Shown piece by piece: positions 10,872 to 20,077 of a stretch of DNA of 64,000 nt (positions within the stretch are counted from its first letter, which is position 1; each line of letters begins with the position of its first letter). The notes under the pieces were generated by a model, which worked only from the letters and a program-made list of their open reading frames with translations, had not been told where the DNA came from and ran no database searches. The position numbers and the translations under genes are program-made. Source of the stretch: an uncultured Clostridia bacterium (GTDB lineage: Bacteria > Bacillota > Clostridia > Christensenellales > UBA1242); assembly GCA_947593585.1 (NCBI GenBank), contig CANQDP010000006.1:1675-65674 (forward strand). Direction: 5' to 3'.

Positions 10872-11903
10872 CTACACGATGAACATACTATCGCCAAAAC
10901 TGAAAAAGCGATAGCGGTGGTCAACAGCAAATTTATAGATATCCATTGTGTTTTTATAACCCGCGAATGCGCTAACGAGCATTATAAGTGTGCTTTTAGG
11001 CAGATGAAAATTGGTTATTAGTGCGTCAACTGCCTTAAATTTATAAGGCGGATAGATGAAAATGCTCGTTTCGTCATCATCTGCTTTAAGAGGCAAACCT
11101 TTACTTGCAACCGCTTCTAGCGTGCGCACGCTTGTGGTGCCGACAGCAATCACTCGCCTGCCCTCCGCTTTTGCTTTGTTTATTGCGTCTGCAACATCTT
11201 GTGGTAGATGATAATGTTCGCTATGCATATTGTGTTTTGTTATATCTTCCTCTTTGCATGGGCGGAAAGTTCCCAGCCCAACATCGAGAGTTAGTTCAAC
11301 AATTTCAACGCCCATTTCCTTAATTTTTTGCAATAGTTCGCTTGTGAAATGCAAGCCTGCAGTTGGCGCTGCTGCGCTACCCTCAATTTTGTTATACACC
11401 GTTTGATAGCGTTCTTTATCTTTTAATTTTTCGTGAATATAGTGGGGCAAAGGCATGCTGCCAACGCGATTTAAAATATCTTCAAACACGCCATCAAATT
11501 CAAATGAAACAATGCGGTTGCCGTCCTCTAACACTTGCTTTAGCGTGCAAGAAAGTTCGTCATTAATTTTAATTTTTTGCCCAATTTTCACTTTCTTTGC
11601 GGGTTTCATTAACACTTCCCAATCGTGCAAATTGTGGCGTTTTAAAAGCAAAATTTCAATCTCTCCACCCGTTTCTTTATGGGCAATTAGGCGCGCAGGC
11701 AAAACGCGAGTGTTATTCACAACCAACACATCGCCCTTACGCAAAAAGTCGCTGATGTCTTTAAACTTGCTTTCGGTTATCTTTTTATTTTTGCGATTAA
11801 AAACGAGCAATTTGCTTTCGTCTCGCTTGGTTAGTGGTGTTTGAGCAATCAATTCCTCTGGCAAATCGTAATCATAAATTGAAAGAGATTTATAGTTTAT
11901 CAT
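10872..11903 (-). CDS. queA: S-adenosylmethionine:tRNA ribosyltransferase-isomerase
   Basis: Contains [15 protein letters not shown], the [13 protein letters not shown] motif and [10 protein letters not shown] at the C-terminus. I prefer the ATG at 11903 (14-nt overlap with ruvB) to the longer ORF start at 11960. Confidence 0.9.
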   Translation of the reverse strand: MINYKSLSIYDYDLPEELIAQTPLTKRDESKLLVFNRKNKKITESKFKDISDFLRKGDVLVVNNTRVLPARLIAHKETGGEIEILLLKRHNLHDWEVLMKPAKKVKIGQKIKINDELSCTLKQVLEDGNRIVSFEFDGVFEDILNRVGSMPLPHYIHEKLKDKERYQTVYNKIEGSAAAPTAGLHFTSELLQKIKEMGVEIVELTLDVGLGTFRPCKEEDITKHNMHSEHYHLPQDVADAINKAKAEGRRVIAVGTTSVRTLEAVASKGLPLKADDDETSIFIYPPYKFKAVDALITNFHLPKSTLIMLVSAFAGYKNTMDIYKFAVDHRYRFFSFGDSMFIV

Positions 11904-12933
11904 CACCCTCTCCGCTATCTGCCATAAGCGTTTTTGGCACAGGCAAGCCGAAATGCTCATACGCCAAGCGGGTTACCATTCTGCCCCTTGGTGAGCGCAA
12001 AACAAAGCCGAGTTGCAACAAATATGGCTCAACCACATCTTCTATGGTCGAAATTTCTTCATTTGTGGTGGCTGAAAGTGTCTCCAACCCAACCGGACCG
12101 CCACCAAACTTCTCAATCATTGCCATTAACACGCGTTTATCCACATAATCTAACCCTAAATCGTCAATATCCATAAGGGTTAGCGCTTTTTTAGCGTCAG
12201 CCGCCGTTATGACATTTTTATCTTCCACTTGCACATAATCTCGCACGCGCTTTAATAGGCGGTTTGCCACGCGCGGAGTGCCGCGGCTGCGCTTTGCAAT
12301 CTCAATTTCCGCGTCTTTCTCTATATCCACGCCCAAAATGCTAGCCGAGCGCGAGATGATTTTTGCAATCTCTTCAACTGTGTACATCTCTAAGCGACAT
12401 ACAACGCCAAATCTATCTCGCAGCGGGCTTGAAAGATTGCCCACCTTGGTCGTTGCACCAATGAGAGTGAAAGGTTGAATTTTTAGCCTCATGCTGCGCG
12501 CACTTGGACCTTTGCCCACAATGAAATCTAGAGCATAGTCTTCCATAGCGGGATATAAAATCTCTTCCACAGATTTTGAAATGCGATGAATTTCATCGAT
12601 GAAAAGCACATCATTTGTGTTTAAATTAGTTAAAATTGCGGCAAGGTCGGCAGCGTTTTCTATGCTTGGACCACTTGTGATTTTAATTTGACTGCCCATT
12701 TCGTTGGCTATAATGTGGCTCAATGTGGTTTTGCCAAGCCCTGGCGGGCCATAAAGCAAAACATGGTCTAGCGCCTCTTTCCTCTTCTTTGCAGCATTGA
12801 TATACACTTTAAGATTAGATTTAATTTTTTCTTGCCCCACATATTCGTCAAAAGACATTGGTCGAAGTTTATTTTCGACCTCGACATCGCTCATATTCTT
12901 AGTGCTTGAAATAAATCTATCTTTCTCTTCCAT
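11890..12933 (-). CDS. ruvB: Holliday junction branch migration helicase RuvB
   Basis: Walker [13 protein letters not shown], Walker [10 protein letters not shown] and the [16 protein letters not shown] motif. Confidence 0.95.
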   Translation of the reverse strand: MEEKDRFISSTKNMSDVEVENKLRPMSFDEYVGQEKIKSNLKVYINAAKKRKEALDHVLLYGPPGLGKTTLSHIIANEMGSQIKITSGPSIENAADLAAILTNLNTNDVLFIDEIHRISKSVEEILYPAMEDYALDFIVGKGPSARSMRLKIQPFTLIGATTKVGNLSSPLRDRFGVVCRLEMYTVEEIAKIISRSASILGVDIEKDAEIEIAKRSRGTPRVANRLLKRVRDYVQVEDKNVITAADAKKALTLMDIDDLGLDYVDKRVLMAMIEKFGGGPVGLETLSATTNEEISTIEDVVEPYLLQLGFVLRSPRGRMVTRLAYEHFGLPVPKTLMADSGEGDDKL

Positions 12934-12946
12934 AATGTTTCCTTTT

Positions 12947-13771
12947 TTATTGCTTTCGATATTTTTCCAATAAATTTTCTAATTTTTCTGCCCTTTTATG
13001 TGCTTCTTTTAAATATTGCTCGTTTGTTAATTTATCATAAGAGGTTGGCATTCCCCAGCAGTCTTTATGCACTTCTAGCATTATTACATTTTTATAAGGA
13101 GTTTTGGCAAGTTTTTCACACACTTTGTTATAGTTAATCTTGCCGTCAAAAGGAAGGAAATGCAAATCATTTGACCAATCGAAGCCATATTCCCAGTCCA
13201 AATTGTTATCATGCAAATGCACCGCCAAAATTCTATTGCCATAACGTTTTAATAAGTCCACTTTTGGCAAATATAATTGATGATGCCCACAATCATAGCA
13301 AAAACCTAAGTTTTTATCCTTTATGTTTTCCATAACATAAACAAAATGCTTATAACTTAATTTATCTAAGTTCTCCAGGGCAATTTTAACTTTGTGTTTT
13401 TTAGCAAAATCAACTAATTCTTTGATGCATTTCAACCCATGTTCGTTTGGCGGAAGCGCAAGTTCATTTGCTGAGCCCCTAGTTGCATGCATAACAGCTA
13501 TTGGAATTCCATATTTGGCACAAAGGGAGATTTGCTCTTTTAAACTCTGCACCACTATTTCGTTCTCTGGCCCTTTGCACCATAAATTGTTTGTGTTAGT
13601 TAAATGCACATAAGGGACATTCAAACCTAATCTTAGTGCTTCTTTTAATGTTTCTTCCGCCTGACCGGTTTTAAAAGCCACCATAACACTTTTAAAGCCT
13701 GTATTTTTTATGTTTGATAAAATTTCTTTATAGTCCTTGCCACATTCACAATTTGTGTTTATCCCTATCAT
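12947..13771 (-). CDS. Xylose-isomerase-like TIM-barrel protein (sugar-phosphate isomerase / AP-endonuclease-2 superfamily)
   Basis: 274 aa with a metal-ligand-like series: [28 protein letters not shown] and MLEVH. Confidence 0.6.
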   Translation of the reverse strand: MIGINTNCECGKDYKEILSNIKNTGFKSVMVAFKTGQAEETLKEALRLGLNVPYVHLTNTNNLWCKGPENEIVVQSLKEQISLCAKYGIPIAVMHATRGSANELALPPNEHGLKCIKELVDFAKKHKVKIALENLDKLSYKHFVYVMENIKDKNLGFCYDCGHHQLYLPKVDLLKRYGNRILAVHLHDNNLDWEYGFDWSNDLHFLPFDGKINYNKVCEKLAKTPYKNVIMLEVHKDCWGMPTSYDKLTNEQYLKEAHKRAEKLENLLEKYRKQ

Positions 13772-13807
13772 ACTGCTCCTTTAAATTTTAGTATCGTATA
13801 GTGTTAG

Positions 13808-14353
13808 CTAACCATTTTGATTTTCGCTATACATCTTTTTGCCATAATAAAATGTTCGCAATTTATCTAGCCCTAAGTCTGTTTGCTTAAAATTAAAGCC
13901 ATAACCATTTAATTCTTTAATTAAAAGTTCTCGCTGCTTTTTAGGTGAATATTTATCATAATCATGATTATTATAATAAACCAACAAACCAAGGTCTTTG
14001 ATATCTTGCAGTTGAATGCGCGTGTTCATGCCATCTTTCATGTAGTGAAAATCAAATTTGATTGTGTCGAAAACTTTGGTGTATCCTTGCTTAATTAGTT
14101 CTTGCTCTTGCTGCAACATTTTTTTGTTGTTTCCAAGCGGTTTTGTGTTTATTCCGCCACCCGACATACGCAATCTAATGCAAGCGTTTTTCATTTGATT
14201 TTCGGTTAGACCATCAAAATTAGTGTCTTTTGCGTAATATAAATCATGTGTGATGCAGGCAAAAACTAACTGCATGCCTTGCTTTTGCAGCATATCATGA
14301 TAATAAATTAAATGCTTTTTAAGTGGCATTCCCACTTCAACAATTGTTTGCAT
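13808..14353 (-). CDS. Hypothetical protein (181 aa)
   Basis: ORF with AAGGAG just upstream of the ATG, wedged between ruvA and the TIM-barrel gene. I recognise no confident family. Confidence 0.5.
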   Translation of the reverse strand: MQTIVEVGMPLKKHLIYYHDMLQKQGMQLVFACITHDLYYAKDTNFDGLTENQMKNACIRLRMSGGGINTKPLGNNKKMLQQEQELIKQGYTKVFDTIKFDFHYMKDGMNTRIQLQDIKDLGLLVYYNNHDYDKYSPKKQRELLIKELNGYGFNFKQTDLGLDKLRTFYYGKKMYSENQNG

Positions 14354-14362
14354 AAGCTCCTT

Positions 14363-14953
14363 TTAACCACCCAAATTATGCAGCGCTTTCGCCACGATTT
14401 GCTCGGCAGTGTCGCCATCGACGAACACTTGTTTTGCTAGGCGCAGTGCCTCGTTTTTATTTATGCCAAGGCTGGTGAGCACCACAACGGCGTCATCAAT
14501 GCTGGCATTTTTGACATTAACAGGTGCTTCTTGTTGCAAAATATAATCAAACGGTTTAATCTTATCTTTAAGCTCTACCACTATGCGCTCGGCAGTCTTT
14601 TTGCCGATGCCCTTGCAGTTTGCAATAACTGAGACATCTTCATTTATAATGCTAGTTATAAGTGCAGTCATACGCTCTGCAGAAAGAATTTGGAGCGCCG
14701 TTTTTGGCCCAACGCCACTAACAGAAATTAATTGCATGAAAAACTTCTTTTCTTCTGGGCTAACAAAACCGAAAAGGCTTAATTCGTCTTCTTTAACTTG
14801 CATATATGTGTAAATCTTAACTTCTTCGTCGACATTTGGCAAATTTGCCATGCAACTATTAGTAACCGAAATTAAAAAGCCAACACCACCCACTTCAACC
14901 GTGATGTTGCCCATGTCCTTCTCTCTTAAAATGCCTTTAATAAAACCTATCAT
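14363..14953 (-). CDS. ruvA: Holliday junction DNA helicase RuvA
   Basis: MIGFIKGIL... N-terminus, HhH motifs (GVGPKTALQIL, GIGKKTAERI) and a C-terminal domain III. Confidence 0.9.
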   Translation of the reverse strand: MIGFIKGILREKDMGNITVEVGGVGFLISVTNSCMANLPNVDEEVKIYTYMQVKEDELSLFGFVSPEEKKFFMQLISVSGVGPKTALQILSAERMTALITSIINEDVSVIANCKGIGKKTAERIVVELKDKIKPFDYILQQEAPVNVKNASIDDAVVVLTSLGINKNEALRLAKQVFVDGDTAEQIVAKALHNLGG

Positions 14954-14975
14954 AACCTTCCTTAAACATAAAAAA

Positions 14976-15461
14976 TTACATGCTATTATTACTCATAACG
15001 CTGCTGGTTTGGATATGACAAATTGCCACAGCGAGAGCATCAGCGGCGTCATCTGGTTTTGGAGTGGCGTTTAAACCCAAAATGCTTTTCACCATGAATT
15101 GCATTTGCTTTTTTTCTGCCCTGCCATTGCCCGTTAGTGCCTGCTTGATTTGCAGTGGAGTGTATTCAAATAGTTTGTTTAAATATTGCTTGCACGCCAC
15201 AATAAGCGCACCGCGTGCCTCTGCAACCGGAATGCCTGTGGTGATATTCGTGTTGTAAAACAACTCTTCAAAAGCCACTTCGTCTGGTTTAAAAGTTTCC
15301 ATCAGTTCGCAACAAGCCTTATAAATTGTGAAAAGGCGCTCGCTGATAGGCATAGTTTTAGGAGTGGTGATAACTCCATAATCCACCACTTTAAAACCAT
15401 TTGTTTCAATTATGCCATAGCCTATTATATTTAAGCCTGGGTCTATGCCTAAAACTCTCAT
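14976..15461 (-). CDS. ruvC: Crossover junction endodeoxyribonuclease RuvC
   Basis: MRVLGIDPGLNIIGYGIIE N-terminus. 161 aa, adjacent to ruvA. Confidence 0.9.
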   Translation of the reverse strand: MRVLGIDPGLNIIGYGIIETNGFKVVDYGVITTPKTMPISERLFTIYKACCELMETFKPDEVAFEELFYNTNITTGIPVAEARGALIVACKQYLNKLFEYTPLQIKQALTGNGRAEKKQMQFMVKSILGLNATPKPDDAADALAVAICHIQTSSVMSNNSM

Positions 15462-15468
15462 TTCACCC

Positions 15469-16065
15469 CTATGCAGACACTTTTAATTGAGAAATAATTG
15501 AATTCACACTTTCATACAACTCAGTGAAGCGTTCACTATCCACCTCGACCTTGTTTCTTTTAACATTATAATCGGCAATCAACATCTCAATCCTATCCAA
15601 TATAGCACGGATTATTTTGACTTGTTGCTTATAACCCTTAATTAAAATTGGCTCAACCGATTTTTCACTTGAAACAATCGATTTAAACTCCTTGCAAAGT
15701 TCACTAACGGCGTGCTTATACTCTGTTTTGAGTGAGCCACACTCTTGCAAAGCTAGTTTATATCTATTGCAATTATCCTCAAAATTAGAATTTGCCTCAA
15801 CCGCATCTTTGCCAAATTGGATTATTTTTGATTTGTTCTTTTTAAGTTCGCTTGCCCTATCGCTCTTTTTGAAGCTGGCAATCGAATTTGAGAGCATGTT
15901 TAAATCATTTTTAAGGTCTATCATCTGCTCGTAATATGATGAAAGGCTTGCCCTGCTATCCTCAGCCGTGATTAGCGACGAGTTATAAAGCGAAAAAAGA
16001 GCGGATAATTTGCTCCTATTATCGTTTAATTCCTTCAAAATCTCTTTTAATCTTTCGTTATTCAT
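15469..16065 (-). CDS. Hypothetical alpha-helical / coiled-coil protein (198 aa)
   Basis: ORF overlapping the yebC stop by 8 nt. Heptad-like, Leu/Glu/Lys/Ser-rich sequence with no TM segment. Confidence 0.5.
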   Translation of the reverse strand: MNNERLKEILKELNDNRSKLSALFSLYNSSLITAEDSRASLSSYYEQMIDLKNDLNMLSNSIASFKKSDRASELKKNKSKIIQFGKDAVEANSNFEDNCNRYKLALQECGSLKTEYKHAVSELCKEFKSIVSSEKSVEPILIKGYKQQVKIIRAILDRIEMLIADYNVKRNKVEVDSERFTELYESVNSIISQLKVSA

Positions 16066-16789
16066 CTTGCTCCTCTAAATTGTGAATTACATCTATCACA
16101 TCATCACTTTCGTTTAATTTATCTATCATTTTGTTGAAGGTCTCTCGCTGATGTTCGTCTAAATTTATGTAGTTTTGCGGAATCATCTCCACACCAGAAG
16201 AGAGGATTGTGTAACCCGCATTTTCAAAGGCGGAAACCAATTCGTTTACTGCCGTGGCGTTCGGCTCAGTGTAGATTGTGAACACATCGTCATCTTCGCA
16301 ATCAACCGCATTCATGTTGATGGCTAATTCCATTGCGCTATCGCCATTAAACTTGTCGTTTTTCTCAACCACGACCACGCCTTTATTGTCAAACATATAA
16401 CTCACGCAGCCCGTTGAACCAAGGCTTCCGCCAAACTTATCGAACGCATAGCGGACATCACTGCTGGTGCGATTTTTGTTGTCTGTGAAACACTTCACAA
16501 CCACTGCCACACCGCCAACACCATATCCTTCATAAGTTTGCTCAATGAAAGACGAACTATCAACCTCGCTATTTTTCTTAATAATGCTGTTTATCCTATC
16601 ATTTGGCATATTGCACTGGCGAGCCTTAGCAATTGCCATTTTTAATTTGCTATTTGCATCAACATTTGCGCCGCCTTCTTTCACAGCCACCATTATTTCT
16701 CTGCCGACTTTTGTGAAAATTTTGCTACGCTCTGCGTCGCTCTTCTCTTTCCTTCCCTTAATATTATTCCACTTGCTATGACCTGACAT
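16058..16789 (-). CDS. yebC: YebC/PmpR-family DNA-binding transcriptional regulator
   Basis: MSGHSKWNNIKGRKEKSDAERSKIFTKVGREI is the hallmark N-terminus of this family. Confidence 0.9.
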   Translation of the reverse strand: MSGHSKWNNIKGRKEKSDAERSKIFTKVGREIMVAVKEGGANVDANSKLKMAIAKARQCNMPNDRINSIIKKNSEVDSSSFIEQTYEGYGVGGVAVVVKCFTDNKNRTSSDVRYAFDKFGGSLGSTGCVSYMFDNKGVVVVEKNDKFNGDSAMELAINMNAVDCEDDDVFTIYTEPNATAVNELVSAFENAGYTILSSGVEMIPQNYINLDEHQRETFNKMIDKLNESDDVIDVIHNLEEQDE

Positions 16790-17502
16790 TATCTCACCTC
16801 ACTAATTCTTTGCATAATTATGCTGCCCGCAACTCCCGCATTTAGGCTTTCCACCTTATTGCTCATTGGCACGGACACCACCATATTGGCAAGCGCGCGA
16901 AAGCCCTCGCTAACGCCGTTTCCCTCATTTCCTATTATAACAGCAATTTTGCCTTTTGGCAAACGAATTTGGCTTATTGGAGAACCAAACATATCGGCAA
17001 CCACAAAATTCTCGGCTATTTTTTGCTTGTTTGATTGAAATTGGTCGAAAGTTAAAATGTGCAAGCGAGCGGACAAAGCAGTCCCTGCCGATGAACGAAT
17101 TACTTTTTCTCCATAAGCATCTGCGCAGTTTATTAGATATACGTCCTCAAAACCAAACGCCATGGCAGAACGAATTAGCGTGCCCACATTGCCCGGGTCC
17201 TGAACATTGTCTAGCACCAAAGCATCACCCTTAGACGATATGCTCGGCTCGTTAATTTTGCACACACAGATGATGTTTTGATTAGTTTTTGTGGTGGCAA
17301 GAGATGATAAAATTTGCTCGCTCACCACGCAAATGTTTGGATAACCCGTCAATGATTTATTGGTGGTGATTGTGTGCAAAATCTCCGCCCCATAGTGCAA
17401 AATATCTGCGCAAAACTTCTCCCCTTCCACAAAGAAAAGTTTGTTTTGCTTCCTAAATTTTTTGTCTTTCAAATCTTTTATGTTTTGTTTAGTTAACTGC
17501 AT
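16789..17502 (-). CDS. TrmH/SpoU-family RNA methyltransferase
   Basis: SPOUT motifs DNVQDPGNVGTLIRS, VIIGNEGNGVS and ESLNAGVAGSIIM. Confidence 0.75.
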   Translation of the reverse strand: MQLTKQNIKDLKDKKFRKQNKLFFVEGEKFCADILHYGAEILHTITTNKSLTGYPNICVVSEQILSSLATTKTNQNIICVCKINEPSISSKGDALVLDNVQDPGNVGTLIRSAMAFGFEDVYLINCADAYGEKVIRSSAGTALSARLHILTFDQFQSNKQKIAENFVVADMFGSPISQIRLPKGKIAVIIGNEGNGVSEGFRALANMVVSVPMSNKVESLNAGVAGSIIMQRISEVR

Positions 17503-17568
17503 AATTTAATTATATATAAAGTTAACATTATAGTCAAACAAATGTTTGAAATTTTGCACAAAAACCGA

Positions 17569-17597
17569 TTGACAAAATCGACATCTTATGCTAAAAT
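17569..17597 (+). promoter_or_regulatory. Sigma-A-type promoter for the 17614 gene
   Basis: TTGACA (17569-17574), a 17-nt spacer, then TAAAAT (17592-17597). Confidence 0.5.
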
Positions 17598-17613
17598 GAC
17601 CAGCGGAGTGATT

Positions 17614-17943
17614 ATGAGAGAGAATATAAATAAGCAACCCTTTGAATTAAGTGTGGAATATGTTGAAAAGTTTTTAGATAAAGCAATTCGCCCAAGACAT
17701 CAAGACTTTGAATTTTATGTAAGGCAAAGTGAAGACGGAAGGATTTTTGTTGAAATATCAAAAGAAGATGCGATTGAAACAATTAAACTGACAAGCAACA
17801 TAAACGATAGAAACAAATTTTCTTATGTTAGTGCCAACACAAAGCCTTCAAAAATTGCCAAATTGATTGAGGATCGCATCAGAAAAATGACGGATAGCCG
17901 GCTTGCAACAATCTTAGATAACATATATAAAATCACTTATTAA
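17614..17943 (+). CDS. Hypothetical protein (109 aa)
   Basis: ATG at 17614 is preceded by GGAGTG and sits downstream of a consensus promoter. I recognise no family. Confidence 0.45.
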   Translation: MRENINKQPFELSVEYVEKFLDKAIRPRHQDFEFYVRQSEDGRIFVEISKEDAIETIKLTSNINDRNKFSYVSANTKPSKIAKLIEDRIRKMTDSRLATILDNIYKITY

Positions 17944-17970
17944 ATTCGCATTAATGTCAATTATTGCATG

Positions 17971-17996
17971 AAAAAACTGCCTTTCGGCAGTTTTTT
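17971..17996. terminator. Bidirectional terminator, AAAAACTGCC-nnnn-GGCAGTTTTT module (copy 1)
   Basis: Perfect hairpin aaaaaactgcc-tttc-ggcagtttttt between convergent genes. The rplT stop codon lies in the T-tract. Confidence 0.65.
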
Positions 17997-18345
17997 ATTT
18001 TGCATTTTTAGCAGTTTCAACCAATTTTGCAAACGCTGCTTTATCTGTGGCAGCCAAATCTGCAAGCACTTTGCGATTCAACTCAACATTCGCCTTCTTT
18101 AAGCCATTAACAAACACACTGTATGAAATGCCGTTCTCTCTGCAACCTGCATTAATACGGGTTATCCACAATGAGCGCATATCACGCTTTTTAAGCTTTC
18201 TGCCAACATAAGCATACTGACCCGATTTCATAACTGCTTCGCGAGCCACTCTATAAAGTTTAGACTTTGCCCCGCGATAGCCTTTGGCTTGTTTTAAAAT
18301 GGCACGACGCTTTTTAACTGCACTAACTCCACGCTTAATTCTCAT
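17995..18345 (-). CDS. rplT: 50S ribosomal protein L20
   Basis: [34 protein letters not shown] is a canonical L20 sequence. Confidence 0.95.
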   Translation of the reverse strand: MRIKRGVSAVKKRRAILKQAKGYRGAKSKLYRVAREAVMKSGQYAYVGRKLKKRDMRSLWITRINAGCRENGISYSVFVNGLKKANVELNRKVLADLAATDKAAFAKLVETAKNAK

Positions 18346-18354
18346 TTCGTCCTC

Positions 18355-18543
18355 CTACATCATTTCCTTATAGTTTCTTTCAAATTGCTTAGAAACATAT
18401 CCGGTTTTTCTTAATCTGCGCTTTCTATTCCTTGATTTTTTGGTAAGGATATGACCCTTGCCGTCATGCATCATTTTAATTTTGCCATTGCCTGTTTCTT
18501 TAAAGCGCTTTGCAACGGCTTTCCTTGTTTTAATTTTTGGCAT
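18355..18543 (-). CDS. rpmI: 50S ribosomal protein L35
   Basis: [23 protein letters not shown]... is a canonical L35 sequence. Confidence 0.95.
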   Translation of the reverse strand: MPKIKTRKAVAKRFKETGNGKIKMMHDGKGHILTKKSRNRKRRLRKTGYVSKQFERNYKEMM

Positions 18544-18574
18544 AATTATCTCCTTTTTTTTGATTAAGTAAGAA

Positions 18575-19087
18575 TTACTTTTTCGCTAGTGGCGCTAAAA
18601 ACATAAAGATGTTACGACCATTCACTTCGGGCTGCTTGTCTATTTGACCAGCGGATGCACAAAGGGAAGCAAATTTGTTCATAATGTCTATCCCCACCTG
18701 TGGGCGGCCTTGCAACCTGCCAAACATGCGGATATTCACTTTCACTTTGCTGCCATCAAGCAAAAATTTGCAAACCTGCTTTGCTTTAATTTCAAGGTCA
18801 TGGTCATCAATCGTCATGCTCAAAGGCATTTCTTTAAGTTTGGCAATTTTTTGATTTTTCCTTTGGTCTTTCAACTTTTTCAACTCGTCAAACCTATGTT
18901 TGCCATAATCCATAACCCTGCACACAGGCGGCTTTGCCTCAGGCGCGATAAGCACAAGGTCTAACCCTTGCTGCTTTGCGATTTCTAACGCTTTTGCGCT
19001 AGACATAATGCCTAACTGCTCGCTATTTGCACCAATTAGGCGAACCTCCGCTAAAGAAATTTGCTCGTTTTTAAGTGATTCTTTCAA
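18575..19087 (-). CDS. infC: Translation initiation factor IF-3 (probable non-AUG start)
   Basis: IF-3 core: [13 protein letters not shown]...[14 protein letters not shown]...KE...[13 protein letters not shown]. The best start candidate is the in-frame TTG at 19087, with GGAGGG 3-4 nt upstream. The longer ORF to 19255 runs through the leader. Confidence 0.8.
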   Translation of the reverse strand: MKESLKNEQISLAEVRLIGANSEQLGIMSSAKALEIAKQQGLDLVLIAPEAKPPVCRVMDYGKHRFDELKKLKDQRKNQKIAKLKEMPLSMTIDDHDLEIKAKQVCKFLLDGSKVKVNIRMFGRLQGRPQVGIDIMNKFASLCASAGQIDKQPEVNGRNIFMFLAPLAKK

Positions 19088-19274
19088 TTTCCCTCCATTT
19101 TGAATGTCGTACCCAATAAAAAATGGGCAACCTTTAAGTAAGCGCCCACTTATATACAAAATAAACATTTTATGAATTTTTTGCATATTACCATTGTCGC
19201 GTCTGCTCCAAGGTGAGAAGTGGTTACTCCTACTTTTACGATTTGATAATATCACATATTATTTGATTTGTCAA
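19088..19274 (-). promoter_or_regulatory. infC-rpmI-rplT promoter and about 150-nt leader (possible L20-responsive attenuator)
   Basis: TTGACA (rc of 19269-19274), 17 nt, TATTAT (rc of 19246-19251), then a long untranslated leader. An L20-sensing leader is known upstream of infC in Firmicutes, but I did not verify its structure here. Confidence 0.35.
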
Positions 19275-19280
19275 GCATTT

Positions 19281-19964
19281 TTAATTAACTTTTATGTATT
19301 TTTCATGCAGTATTGAGTGAGCAAGCAAGAATTCTGCAGGATAATATGTTAATAGGCATAAAATGTCGGTTACTTTGGAAAGGTTTGCAAAAACATTTAA
19401 AAGCAACATTAAATCGCTAAAGAAAAACAATGCACTTCCTATTAAAATTATTAAATAAAAGGTAGACTTTTTGGTTATATAATTTGAAAATGCTTTGCCA
19501 ACCATGAGCGAAATTATTATAGCGTAAACCACGCACACAATTTCCATTAAAACACCATTATAATTAAAAATTGGCGCGAGTGTAATAAACAAAACCGATG
19601 GCACACAAATAATTATGCCAAAAATAAAATCTCGCCATTTTAATTTGCACAAAAAACAATACGACACGAAAAAGAACATATGTCCAATAGCAAACAACGC
19701 TGCCCCTACAACAAATTGAATTTCAAGCAAAATATCACCAAGCATGGCAAAAAACAAACCGATTAAAATTGTGAAATTAAATTTGTTAGTTTTATACACA
19801 ATTGAATAACGCAAATTTATAATGCCCAAAATCACAAACAATGCACTTGTGATGCCCTTCACCCAAGTTTTGCCAAAAACTATATAACATATGTCGCCAA
19901 TCAAAATTAAAATTAGAAAAATCCAATTTAAAATGTGAGTTGTTTTGTCTTTTGCATTTTCCAT
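19281..19964 (-). CDS. YhhN-family (lysoplasmalogenase-like) membrane protein
   Basis: About 8 TM helices, with AMLGDILLE, FAIGHMFFF and FFFSDLML motifs typical of YhhN. Confidence 0.65.
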   Translation of the reverse strand: MENAKDKTTHILNWIFLILILIGDICYIVFGKTWVKGITSALFVILGIINLRYSIVYKTNKFNFTILIGLFFAMLGDILLEIQFVVGAALFAIGHMFFFVSYCFLCKLKWRDFIFGIIICVPSVLFITLAPIFNYNGVLMEIVCVVYAIIISLMVGKAFSNYITKKSTFYLIILIGSALFFFSDLMLLLNVFANLSKVTDILCLLTYYPAEFLLAHSILHEKYIKVN

Positions 19965-20077
19965 TTAAACATATTAAAACATTTTATTTTTATTTGCAAA
20001 TAAAATTTAAAATTAAAAAAGGAAATTAATTTGTTTGAAAATAAATTTAATTTGTTTAAAATAATTTTGGAGGAGTT

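Noticed and set aside
11455-12176. Plus-strand ORFs inside queA and ruvB (11455-11844, 11834-12148, 11934-12176)
   Set aside because: They are antisense shadows of two strongly supported minus-strand genes.
19088-19255. Longer infC ORF starting at 19255
   Set aside because: The extra residues are not IF-3-like and run into the promoter-proximal leader. IF-3 is known to use non-AUG starts.
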